NCBI GenBank assembly: GCA_964603475.1 | Contig: CAZRVG010000001.1 | Location: forward strand, 1-61,987 | Direction of reading: 5' to 3' | DNA length: 61,987 nucleotides | From: an uncultured Candidatus Saccharibacteria bacterium | GTDB lineage: Bacteria; Patescibacteriota; Minisyncoccia; Minisyncoccales; UBA5738 | In this document: in pieces, positions 18,674-27,465 of the stretch | How the letters are laid out: each line of letters begins with the position of its first letter | How positions within the stretch are numbered: position 1 is the stretch's first letter | Program-made: the position numbers and the translations under genes | Notes under the pieces: generated by a model | The model's database searches: none | The model's input: the letters and a program-made list of their open reading frames with translations, nothing else | What the model was told of the DNA's origin: nothing

Positions 18674-19138
18674 ATGAAAATTACATTTGTGCAAACCGGC
18701 GGAACTATTGATAAAGATTATCCGCAGGGAGAAAACAACCATGGCTATGAATTCAAGATCGGCGAACCGGCGATCAATGCCATTCTCAAAAAAGCCAAAC
18801 CGAATTTTGAATATGAAACTTTTTCGGTTCTCAAAAAAGACAGCCTTGACATAACCGACGAAGACCGCCAAAAGATTTATTCTTTCGTTAAAAACATCGA
18901 GAATGACAAAATAATCATCACCCACGGCACCGACACAATCCACACAACTGCCCAAAAGCTGGCCGATATACCCGGCAAAACCATTATATTAACCGGCGCA
19001 ATGCTACCCGAAAAATTCTACGATTCCGACGCAATGTTCAACATGGGCATGGCAACCGCCGCCGCCCAAACCCTGAATAAAGGCGTATATATCACCCTGT
19101 ACGGACTGATCGTTCCATGGACTAAATTCAAAACTTAA
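18674..19138 (+). CDS. Short L-asparaginase (N-terminal domain only)
   Basis: TGGTIDK, SLDI, HGTDT, LTGAM motifs; 154 aa. Confidence 0.85.
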   Translation: MKITFVQTGGTIDKDYPQGENNHGYEFKIGEPAINAILKKAKPNFEYETFSVLKKDSLDITDEDRQKIYSFVKNIENDKIIITHGTDTIHTTAQKLADIPGKTIILTGAMLPEKFYDSDAMFNMGMATAAAQTLNKGVYITLYGLIVPWTKFKT

Positions 19139-19216
19139 GTTCGAAGATTCCACCTTCGATAAATTTACAAATATGCTTATTAATTCCAGAGTTTTTAATA
19201 ATTAATGTTATATTCA

Positions 19217-19236
19217 AATTATATTCGAATATAATT
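19217..19236. promoter_or_regulatory. Perfect 20-bp palindrome AATTATATTCGAATATAATT; candidate operator
   Basis: Lies 28 nt upstream of the AbrB-like ORF. Confidence 0.55.
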
Positions 19237-19264
19237 CAAATATGGCTTTTATAACTTTTAAATT

Positions 19265-19429
19265 ATGGACCGAAAAACATCAGAAGCCAATTTGCGCCAG
19301 CTGGGAAAGCTGGGCAAGGTGACGCTGGCGGTGACAATCCCGCGCCAGATAATTTTGGAATTAAAATGGAAAGAGAATTAAAAAGTGGTGGTTAAGCGCC
19401 AAGGACAAAAAATCGTAATTGAAGATTAA
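19265..19429 (+). pseudogene. AbrB/MazE/SpoVT-like small DNA-binding protein with internal TAA (not in ORF track)
   Basis: MDRKTSEANLRQLGKLGKVTLAVTIPRQIILELKWKEN*KVVVKRQGQKIVIED*; stop at 19379-19381. Confidence 0.7.
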
Positions 19430-19565
19430 CCACAAGAGAAAAACGCCTGATGCTATATAACGGCAATCTATACACTTGACATTGAGTAAATTATTTATAA
19501 TACTAATAACATAAAGTCTCCTGCGCCTACCTTGTAGTGTGCAGGATTTCGTTTAATAATAAGAT

Positions 19566-20231
19566 ATGCTTTCCGAAAATAAAGTTAATATTTATATTGA
19601 CGGCGGTAATTTTCATCACTTGGCATTAAAAAAGATCGGAGGCGAAGAATTGAATTTTGATTTTGAGGCATTTGCAAATTTTTTGTCAGAAACAAGAATA
19701 ATTCCTGATATGGGCAAACGTTTCTATGTCGGCACGGTAAGAGAAAAAGCTGGTGATGGGCGCAGTAAAGAAATAATGGCGCGGCAAACAAAATTATTCA
19801 CTTTATTGCGAGCGAGCGGCTGGGAACTAAAAACGAGCAAACTAAGATTGAGAACGGAAAAAATTACGATCGATGCCAGAGTTGAGGACTTTAAAAATAT
19901 TCTTAAGGCAGGAATCAAAGAAATCAAAATGGTTAGAATAAGAGAGAAGGGCATAGATGTTAAAATTGCAACCGATTTGATTGTCGGCGCGCTTGATAAC
20001 AAATATGACACTGCGATTCTTGTCAGTTCGGACACCGATCTTGTTCCCGCGATGGATTGGGTTCGAAAAAGGTTGAATAAAAAGATAGAATATATTGGTT
20101 TCTCAATCGAGAATAATCATCTTAAAGAAAAAACAATGCCGTCTCAAGGGATGATATCGCATTCCGATATTCAAAGAATATTAGTTCAATCAGATATAGA
20201 AAAATTTATGCACCCCTCTTTGTTTCGATAA
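19566..20231 (+). CDS. NYN domain (LabA/DUF88) protein
   Basis: IYIDGGNF, EKGIDVKIATD, LVSSDTDLVPA motifs. Confidence 0.9.
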   Translation: MLSENKVNIYIDGGNFHHLALKKIGGEELNFDFEAFANFLSETRIIPDMGKRFYVGTVREKAGDGRSKEIMARQTKLFTLLRASGWELKTSKLRLRTEKITIDARVEDFKNILKAGIKEIKMVRIREKGIDVKIATDLIVGALDNKYDTAILVSSDTDLVPAMDWVRKRLNKKIEYIGFSIENNHLKEKTMPSQGMISHSDIQRILVQSDIEKFMHPSLFR

Positions 20232-20240
20232 ATCTTGGAA

Positions 20241-20366
20241 ATGGAAAAAGTGAAAATTGCCGCCGAACTGATAAAATCCAGCCGCGAAAAATTAAACAAA
20301 CTAGAAAACGAATTCAAAGAAATCGAAAAAGATTTTTCCGAAACCGCCGCCGATAGTAACGATTAA
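20241..20366 (+). pseudogene. Duplicated 3' half of xseB (MEKVKIAAELIKSSREKLNKLENEFKEIEKDFSETAADSND)
   Basis: 20244-20342 aligns with 18082-18180, mostly synonymous differences. Confidence 0.88.
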
Positions 20367-20383
20367 TAACAGGTCATAAAAAT

Positions 20384-20411
20384 TTGACAAAAGAGATGAT
20401 AAGGGCATAAT
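20384..20411 (+). promoter_or_regulatory. Promoter TTGACA-N16-CATAAT; ATG 6 nt downstream (probably leaderless)
   Basis: Sequence match. Confidence 0.65.
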
Positions 20412-20417
20412 CAAAAT

Positions 20418-20678
20418 ATGGAAAATAAAATAATTCAATTTAATACTCAAGTTTGGAAAGAGGGGGGTATGTATGTTTCTTACGCACCGCAACTGGATGT
20501 GTCTTCTTGCGGCAACACAATTGATGAGGCAAAAAAAAATATCCGCGAAGCTGTCGGCTCATTTCTTTCCGAAGCTCAAAAAATGGGTACTCTTGACCAA
20601 ATTTTGAATGAAGCTGGTTTTTCGGGATCACGAGCTCCGGAAATAATTGCTTTTGAAAAAATGAGTTTGGCGGTATGA
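20418..20678 (+). CDS. HicB-like antitoxin (short, no DNA-binding domain)
   Basis: YVSYAPQLDVSSCGNTIDEAKKNIREAV. Confidence 0.85.
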   Translation: MENKIIQFNTQVWKEGGMYVSYAPQLDVSSCGNTIDEAKKNIREAVGSFLSEAQKMGTLDQILNEAGFSGSRAPEIIAFEKMSLAV

Positions 20679-20902
20679 GAATAACACCGGTTAACTATCA
20701 GCGATTGGTGTGCGTTTTTGAAAAAGCCGGTTTCAATTATTCCCGCACAAACGGCGATCATCTGATTTATACAAACAATAATTGTCCGCGCCCGCTGGTA
20801 ATACCAAAATACGCGAATGTTCCGATATTCATCATCAAAAATCTTATGCGGTTATGCGATATGAACAGAAAAACATATTTTTACCTGTTATCAAAATGCT
20901 AG
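20675..20902 (+). CDS. HicA-family toxin
   Basis: FEKAGF..SRTNGDHLIY...PLVIP; ATGA overlap with hicB. Confidence 0.85.
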   Translation: MRITPVNYQRLVCVFEKAGFNYSRTNGDHLIYTNNNCPRPLVIPKYANVPIFIIKNLMRLCDMNRKTYFYLLSKC

Positions 20903-20932
20903 AGAGCCGCCCGAATGGCGGTTTTCTGCTTC

Positions 20933-21268
20933 TTATTTAACTTGCGATCCTTCGGCGACCGAGTCGTTAACGCGCAGAGGGAGATGAATGGATTCGTCGC
21001 CGGCGGCAAGCATCATTCCTTGGCTGATGCCTTCGCCCAATTTGCGTTCGGCGAGATTGACGATGAAAACATATTTGTTGCCGATTAAATCCGCAAAATT
21101 CACAAATTTGCGGATGCCGGCAAAAATCGTGCGCTCGCCGATTTCTTCGCCAAAATCTACTTTCATTTCAATCAATTTGTTGCTCCACTCCGGTTCGGAG
21201 GCTTCCAAAACCTTGCCGACGCGCAAATCCAATTTTTCAAAATCACTATATTCAATTATTGGTTTCAT
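20933..21268 (-). CDS. tRNA-binding OB-fold protein (CsaA/Trbp111/MetG C-terminal like)
   Basis: FEKLDLRVGKV, RTIFAGI, VNLAERK, SQGMMLAA. Confidence 0.88.
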   Translation of the reverse strand: MKPIIEYSDFEKLDLRVGKVLEASEPEWSNKLIEMKVDFGEEIGERTIFAGIRKFVNFADLIGNKYVFIVNLAERKLGEGISQGMMLAAGDESIHLPLRVNDSVAEGSQVK

Positions 21269-21418
21269 TAATTTGTTTATTACAGCTACTATAATTAGTT
21301 CATTACCACAAAAGCGCGGCAAATAAAACCTCTATTTTGTTCGCATTGGACTTTATCCGCGGAATAGTATATTCTATTGTTGTTGAAACAAAAAATCAAT
21401 CATCCAACAATTTCGCTT

Positions 21419-22621
21419 ATGAAATTATTCAACAAATCAGATAGCAAAAACGAAACACAAAAAAATAATATTCCATTGGTGATCTTGGCGGTTTTGGCCG
21501 CTTTCGCGCTGGGAATTTGGAGCGGCAAAACCGATTGCCCGAAGCTGCCGCCCGAAGATGTTGATTTGTCGCTTTTTTGGAAAACCTGGCACACCTTGGA
21601 AGAAAACTTTGTTGATAAAGACAAAATCGATCACGAACAAATGGTTTATGGCGCGATTGACGGGATGGTAGCCTCCGTGGGCGATCCTTATACCGCGTTT
21701 TTTGATCCCGCCGATTCAAAAAAATTCTTGGAAGACACTTCCGGATCTTTTGAAGGCGTGGGAATGGAAATCGGTATCAAAAATGAACAGCTTCAAGTGA
21801 TCACTCCGCTGGAAAATACCCCGGCGCAAAACGCCGGAATTCGCGCCGGAGACATAATTGTGGCGATTGACGGAAAATCATCGACGGGAATCAGCACCGA
21901 TGAAGCGGTTAATCTGATTCGCGGAGAAAAGGGAACTCAGGTTGTTCTCACAATGTACCGCGAAGACTGGAAGGAAACCAAAGATTTTCCCATAACTCGC
22001 GCGGTAATCCAAGTTCCGTCGCTTGAATGGGAGATCAGGGAAAATGACATTGCCTATATTCAATTATATCAATTCACCGAAGTTGCCGCCAAAGATTTCA
22101 AAACCGCGGCCATAGATATTGTCAACAGCCCCGCGAAAAAGATTATTCTTGACTTGCGCAATAATCCGGGCGGATACCTTTCCGTGTCTCAAGATATTGC
22201 CGGATGGTTTTTAAAAAAAGGCATGATCGTGACCAGAGAAACAATGGGCACCCAAAACCAAGAAATCGAATACAAATCAAACGGCCCGTCGCTTCTGACC
22301 AAATATCCGATTGTGGTACTAATCAACGGCGGTTCCGCCTCCGCGTCGGAAATTTTGGCGGGAGCCCTGCGCGATAACCGGCAAATTCAGCTTGTGGGAG
22401 AGAAATCCTTTGGCAAGGGTTCCGTGCAACAACTAATGACACTTGACGGCGGTTCGTCTTTGAAAGTAACAATCGCCAAGTGGCTCACTCCCAACGGCGA
22501 CCAAATTTCCGATATCGGACTGGATCCGGATATAGAGGTTGAGAAAACAACAGAAGATGAAGAAGACAACATTGACCCCCAACTGGACAAGGCTATTGAA
22601 ATTGTAAAAAATTTGGAGTAG
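21419..22621 (+). CDS. S41 C-terminal processing protease (CtpA-like)
   Basis: GDPYT, PDZ, LDLRNNPGG, SASASEI, FGKGSVQ. Confidence 0.95.
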   Translation: MKLFNKSDSKNETQKNNIPLVILAVLAAFALGIWSGKTDCPKLPPEDVDLSLFWKTWHTLEENFVDKDKIDHEQMVYGAIDGMVASVGDPYTAFFDPADSKKFLEDTSGSFEGVGMEIGIKNEQLQVITPLENTPAQNAGIRAGDIIVAIDGKSSTGISTDEAVNLIRGEKGTQVVLTMYREDWKETKDFPITRAVIQVPSLEWEIRENDIAYIQLYQFTEVAAKDFKTAAIDIVNSPAKKIILDLRNNPGGYLSVSQDIAGWFLKKGMIVTRETMGTQNQEIEYKSNGPSLLTKYPIVVLINGGSASASEILAGALRDNRQIQLVGEKSFGKGSVQQLMTLDGGSSLKVTIAKWLTPNGDQISDIGLDPDIEVEKTTEDEEDNIDPQLDKAIEIVKNLE

Positions 22622-22749
22622 AATAAATCATTGAAGCATCTAATCATTTAAACATAAAAAATATTTAATCATAGAAAATATTTAATCACTGAAATTCGCA
22701 CATTGATGATTATATGATTTTCATGATTATATGATTATATAATTCGGTT

Positions 22750-23199
22750 ATGAAAGTTATACTATTGCAAGATATTGAAAAAGTGGGAAAGAAGTTTGAA
22801 GTTAAGGACGTTGCTGACGGCTTTGCCAAAAATCATCTTTTCCCCAAAAAAATGGCGCAAATCGCCACCAAAAATGCTTTGGTTTGGGCGCAAACCCAGC
22901 GTGAAATCGCCGCAAAGGCTACAGAGAAAGAATTGGCCGAAATTCAAGCGAAAGCCGGCGCATTGGATGGTCAGGAAATTTCAATTTCGGTAAAAGTGGG
23001 CGACCAAGACCAGCTCTTTGAGTCAATAACCGCGCAAAAAATCACCGAAACCTTAAAAGAGAGCGGATCAGATATCGACAAAAAGCAAATCAATCTGAAA
23101 GAGCCGATAAAAGAGCTTGGGGAATACCCGATAAAAATCAGCTTCCCGCACAACCTGGAAGCCGAGATCAAGCTGATCGTAAACGCCAAAGAACAATAG
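22750..23199 (+). CDS. rplI: 50S ribosomal protein L9
   Basis: MKVILLQDI...VADGFAKNHLFP, LFESIT, PIKELGEY. Confidence 0.95.
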   Translation: MKVILLQDIEKVGKKFEVKDVADGFAKNHLFPKKMAQIATKNALVWAQTQREIAAKATEKELAEIQAKAGALDGQEISISVKVGDQDQLFESITAQKITETLKESGSDIDKKQINLKEPIKELGEYPIKISFPHNLEAEIKLIVNAKEQ

Positions 23200-23212
23200 G
23201 TGATAATTTTTG

Positions 23213-23236
23213 CGCCCCGCTCATCCAAGCGGGGCG
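23213..23236 (+). terminator. GC-rich hairpin after rplI
   Basis: cgccccgct / agcggggcg. Confidence 0.6.
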
Positions 23237-23393
23237 TTAACAAATTAAAAGTTAAAAAATCAAAGTGAAAAATTAAGATAAAATCTCTACGGAATTTTGG
23301 TTTTACAATTTAAAATTTTTTCGCCAAAAGCGGTTGCGCCTATGGCGCAAATTGTCATTTTGATTTTTGATTTTTTAATTTTCAATTTGAAAC

Positions 23394-25025
23394 ATGGTAA
23401 AGTATATTTTTGTTGCCGGAGGCGTAATGTCCTCGATCGGCAAGGGCATTACCACCGCCTCAATCGGCAAAATTTTAAAAAGCAAGGGATTTAAAGTGAC
23501 CGCGGTAAAATTTGATCCCTACATCAACGTTGACGCCGGCACGATGAACCCAATCGAACACGGCGAGGTTTTCGTCACCGACGACGGCACCGAGTGCGAT
23601 CAGGACGTGGGAAACTATGAACGGTTTTTGGATACGGATTTAAGCTCCGCAAATTACGCCACCACCGGCAAAGTATATCTTTCGGTAATTGAGCGCGAAC
23701 GCAACTTGGGATATAACGGCAAGTGCGTTGAAGTGGTTCCCGACATCCCCAATGAAGTAATCCGCCGCATTGATAACGCTGCCAAAAAAGCAAAAGCTGA
23801 ATTCGTTATTATTGAAATCGGCGGAACGGTCGGCGAATACCAAAATATGCTTTTTTTGGAAGCCGCGCGGATGTTAAAATTAAAAAATCCAAAAAACGTC
23901 GTCTTTGTGCTTTTGGGATATTTGCCGATTCCGGAAATGGTGGGCGAAATGAAGACCAAGCCGGTGCAAAACGCTTGCAAGCAGTTAAACGCCGCGGGCA
24001 TCCAGCCGGATTTTATCATCGGACGATCGTCGCAATCCATTGACGCGCCGCGCAAAGAAAAAATTTCTATTTTCTGCAATGTTAATACCAAGGATGTGAT
24101 CTCTTCACCCGACGCAAAATCCATTTATCAAGTACCTCTTGATTTTGCCGCCGAAAATTTGGGGAATCGCATTCTGGCAAAATTCAAAACAAAACCGCGC
24201 AAAAATAATTTTGGCAATTGGGAAAAATTAGTAAATACAATCAACAAGGCGAATAATCCGGTAAAAATCGGCATTGTGGGGAAATATTTCGAATCGGGAA
24301 AATTCACTTTAATGGATTCCTATATTTCCGTGATTGAGTCCATAAAGCACGCGGCATGGTTTTATAATCAAGCACCCGAGATCACCTGGCTTTCATCGGA
24401 AAATTACGAAAAAGACGCCAAGAATTTGGCGGAACTGAAGGAATATGACGGGATTATCATCCCCGGAGGATTTGGCAACCGAGGAGTGGAAGGAAAAATT
24501 TTGGCCGTTGAATATTGCCGAAAAAATAAAATTCCTTTTTTGGGGTTGTGCCTGGGAATGCAATTGGCAACAATTGAATTCGCCCGCAACGCTTGCGGCA
24601 TAAAAAACGCCACATCAACGGAATTTGATCCCAAAGCCAAGGAACCGGTGATTGATCTGATGCCCGAACAATATGAACTGTTGAAAACAAAAAAAATGGG
24701 CGCCACGATGCGGCTGGGCGCCTATGACTGCGAATTGACGCCGGGAACTCGCGCTCATAATGCCTACGAAAAAAAGGCGGCGATTTCCGAACGACACCGC
24801 CACCGCTATGAATTGAACAACAATTACCGCCAAATTTTGCAGGATAACGGATTGGTAATTTCAGGCAACAACCCGCAAAAAAACCTGGCCGAGATCATTG
24901 AATTAAAAGACCATCCCTTCTTTATGGCTTCGCAATTCCACCCGGAATTTAAATCCCGCCCCCTGCGCCCGCACCCGCTCTTCCGCGAATTCATCAAAGC
25001 CTCGATAAAAAATCCCAAATCCTAA
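23394..25025 (+). CDS. pyrG: CTP synthase
   Basis: GGVMSSIGKG, DPYINVDAGTMNP, GLCLGMQ, ERHRHRYE, QFHPEF. Confidence 0.98.
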   Translation: MVKYIFVAGGVMSSIGKGITTASIGKILKSKGFKVTAVKFDPYINVDAGTMNPIEHGEVFVTDDGTECDQDVGNYERFLDTDLSSANYATTGKVYLSVIERERNLGYNGKCVEVVPDIPNEVIRRIDNAAKKAKAEFVIIEIGGTVGEYQNMLFLEAARMLKLKNPKNVVFVLLGYLPIPEMVGEMKTKPVQNACKQLNAAGIQPDFIIGRSSQSIDAPRKEKISIFCNVNTKDVISSPDAKSIYQVPLDFAAENLGNRILAKFKTKPRKNNFGNWEKLVNTINKANNPVKIGIVGKYFESGKFTLMDSYISVIESIKHAAWFYNQAPEITWLSSENYEKDAKNLAELKEYDGIIIPGGFGNRGVEGKILAVEYCRKNKIPFLGLCLGMQLATIEFARNACGIKNATSTEFDPKAKEPVIDLMPEQYELLKTKKMGATMRLGAYDCELTPGTRAHNAYEKKAAISERHRHRYELNNNYRQILQDNGLVISGNNPQKNLAEIIELKDHPFFMASQFHPEFKSRPLRPHPLFREFIKASIKNPKS

Positions 25026-25067
25026 TCTCTAAATCCTAAACAAATTCAAAAATCAAAATTTAAAAAC

Positions 25068-25098
25068 AAAAACATCCCTCATTATGGGATGCTTTTTT
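25068..25098. terminator. Bidirectional terminator between pyrG and rpmA
   Basis: aaaa-catccc...gggatg-ctttttt. Confidence 0.7.
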
Positions 25099-25121
25099 GA
25101 CATGAAAGCTAAAGATATAAT

Positions 25122-25421
25122 TTACTTTTTCGCCTTGGCAACTGTTTTTGTTTCAAGAATTTCGGCTACTTTGGCGGCTCTTTGCGTTCCCGAAAACAAT
25201 TTTTTGCGAATCGTGCGGAATTTTACGGTTCCGGGAGCAATCGCGTAGAGAGTGTTGTCATTGCCCATTTTCACGTTTCTTCCGGCAACAATCTTTGATC
25301 CGCGCTGGCGCACGATCACGCTGCCGATTTGCGCCGGCTGGCCGTCATAGAGCTTCACGCCCAAAAATTTCGGATTTGAATCGCGGCCAAGTTTTGAACC
25401 GCCGGTATTTTTCTTTGCCAT
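25122..25421 (-). CDS. rpmA: 50S ribosomal protein L27
   Basis: [26 protein letters not shown]. Confidence 0.96.
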   Translation of the reverse strand: MAKKNTGGSKLGRDSNPKFLGVKLYDGQPAQIGSVIVRQRGSKIVAGRNVKMGNDNTLYAIAPGTVKFRTIRKKLFSGTQRAAKVAEILETKTVAKAKK

Positions 25422-25685
25422 AGTATCATTTAATCATTTAATCATTAAAGCATTTAATCATCAAAAACTACAATGCCCGAACAATTAAAAGAATCCTTTT
25501 TAAAATTTATTATTTATTTCCAAACAACATCCTATTTATATCCCAAATTCTCCCTTTTGTCAAAAATTTCATTTAATGTTTGCCGGAAACGAACGCGCAT
25601 TAGGTAGAAAATTATAAATCAGCCGTTTGTCATAGCTTTTTTAACAAAGATAGAAAAACTGAAAATTATTTGCTATGCTGGCATT

Positions 25686-26735
25686 ATGAAAATCACGATC
25701 ATAGGAGGCGGGGTCTGCGGGCTCTATTTGGCAAAAAATTTGGCGGAAAGGAACCATAAAATAACAGTTTTCGAGAAGAAAAAAACCATCGGAAAACTTT
25801 GCTGTTCGGGATTATTTTCCGCGCGGCTCTTTGATTTTGTTCCCGAAGCACGCGGGTTGGCAACAAACCAAATAAATCGCTGTATTATTAATTTTCCCAA
25901 GAAAAAAATAAATTTAAAATTTCGCCCGCCGTTTTTTGTCATTGACCACGCCCGGCTGGATTTACTTGTCGCCGCTTTAGCGACACGGGCGGGCGCAAAC
26001 ATTCGCATCGGTCAAAACATTGATTTTGCAAGATTGGAAACATTATCCGCCGAATACGACCGCATCATCGGTTGCGACGGCGCCCTATCAACCATCCGCC
26101 AATATCTAATAAGTGGAAATCAAACTTCCTGCGCGGGTCAGACCCACGCAAAATTGCGTGGGTCTGACCCGCGCAAAAATAACCGGCCGAATTTTATGCT
26201 GGGAATTCAAGGGTTTGAACAAAAAGCGGATGATTCTGATTTTGTTGAAACTTGGGCGACGAAAAACGGGTTTTTGTGGCGGATCCCGCGCAGCGAAGAT
26301 GTTGAATGGGGGATTATGGAAGAGCCGGATGTCGCCCGCAGGCTCTTTGATGAATTTATCGCGCAAAAGAACATAAAGCTAGAAGATCTAAGATCGGCAA
26401 TTATCCCGCAAGGATTAACAATTCCCCAAAACAAAAAGATCACTTTGTGCGGCGACGCGTCGGGACTGACCAAGCCATGGTCCGGGGGCGGCGTCATTTG
26501 GAATTTAACCCAAGCCGATCTTCTCTTGAAAAATTTCCCCAATTTTATACAATACAGGAAAGAAGCGAAGCGTTTTTTTGGATTAAGACTGTTTGCGGGC
26601 AATTTTGCCAAAAAATGCGCTTATTTTACCGGATTCAATCTTCCTTGGATAATCCCCGGAGATTTCAATCTTGACGGCGATTACTTGTTAAAATTTAAAA
26701 GAAACGATAATGGACAATCAAGAAACTCTGCCTGA
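25686..26735 (+). CDS. FAD-dependent oxidoreductase, geranylgeranyl reductase-like, carrying an in-frame palindrome insertion
   Basis: GGGVCG, KLCCSG, IIGCDGALS, LCGDASGLTKPWSGGG. Confidence 0.85.
   Translation: MKITIIGGGVCGLYLAKNLAERNHKITVFEKKKTIGKLCCSGLFSARLFDFVPEARGLATNQINRCIINFPKKKINLKFRPPFFVIDHARLDLLVAALATRAGANIRIGQNIDFARLETLSAEYDRIIGCDGALSTIRQYLISGNQTSCAGQTHAKLRGSDPRKNNRPNFMLGIQGFEQKADDSDFVETWATKNGFLWRIPRSEDVEWGIMEEPDVARRLFDEFIAQKNIKLEDLRSAIIPQGLTIPQNKKITLCGDASGLTKPWSGGGVIWNLTQADLLLKNFPNFIQYRKEAKRFFGLRLFAGNFAKKCAYFTGFNLPWIIPGDFNLDGDYLLKFKRNDNGQSRNSA
26130..26175. repeat. Family A REP-like inverted doublet inside the reductase CDS
   Basis: tgcgcgggtcagacccacgca-aaat-tgcgtgggtctgacccgcgca, exact reverse complements. 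Confidence 0.93.
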
Positions 26736-27396
26736 TCATTTGGGAATTATTATGGACGGCAACCGGCGCTGGGCAAAAGAAAGGGGACTACCCACCCTTG
26801 AAGGCCATCGGCGCGGCGCGCAAGCTTTAAAAAATATCGCCTTGGCGGCAAAAAGAAAAGGGATAAAAACCGTCACTTTTTTTTGTTTTTCAACCGAAAA
26901 CTGGAACCGGACAAAGGAAGAAGTTGATTATTTGATGAATTTAATTCACGAAATGTTTGTTTCCCGAATGAATGAACTCCAAAAAGAAAACATCAAAATA
27001 AAAGTTATCGGTCAAAAGAACCGCCTGCCGCGCCAAGTTGCCGAAGAAATCAATATTGTTGAGGAAGAAACAAAAAATAACTCCGCCATGACAATGAATT
27101 TGGCATTAAGCTATGGCGGCAGAGCCGAAATTGTGGACGCGATAAAAAAAATAATCGCCTCCGGCATCAATCCCGACAATATCACCGAAGACACGGTCAA
27201 AAAAAATCTTTGGACATCCGACGTTGATTTGGTTATTCGCACCGGCGGAGAAAGGCGAATGTCTGGGTTTCTATTGTGGCAGTCAGCTTATTCGGAATTT
27301 CTTTTCGTGAATAAATATTGGCCCGAATTTTGCGAAAACGATTTGAATGCGGCACTCGAAGATTACGCCGCGCGGCAACGGCGTTTCGGCAAATAA
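26710..27396 (+). CDS. uppS: Undecaprenyl/polyprenyl diphosphate synthase
   Basis: IIMDGNRRWA, FSTENWNR, YGGRAEI, IRTGGERRMSGFLLWQ. Confidence 0.96.
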   Translation: MDNQETLPDHLGIIMDGNRRWAKERGLPTLEGHRRGAQALKNIALAAKRKGIKTVTFFCFSTENWNRTKEEVDYLMNLIHEMFVSRMNELQKENIKIKVIGQKNRLPRQVAEEINIVEEETKNNSAMTMNLALSYGGRAEIVDAIKKIIASGINPDNITEDTVKKNLWTSDVDLVIRTGGERRMSGFLLWQSAYSEFLFVNKYWPEFCENDLNAALEDYAARQRRFGK

Positions 27397-27465
27397 TCTT
27401 GGAATTTTTAATTTGAAATTTTTAAAAAATTTTGATTTTTGATTTTTTAATTTTCAACCTTTATC

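Noticed and set aside
19379-19429. Stop-codon reassignment (TAA as Gln) suggested by the AbrB-like ORF
   Set aside because: Many conserved genes in the window end at TAA and TGA normally; a single nonsense mutation is simpler.
19476-19501. TTGACA...TATAAT promoter before the NYN gene
   Set aside because: The spacer is only 14 nt, so it was not called as a feature.
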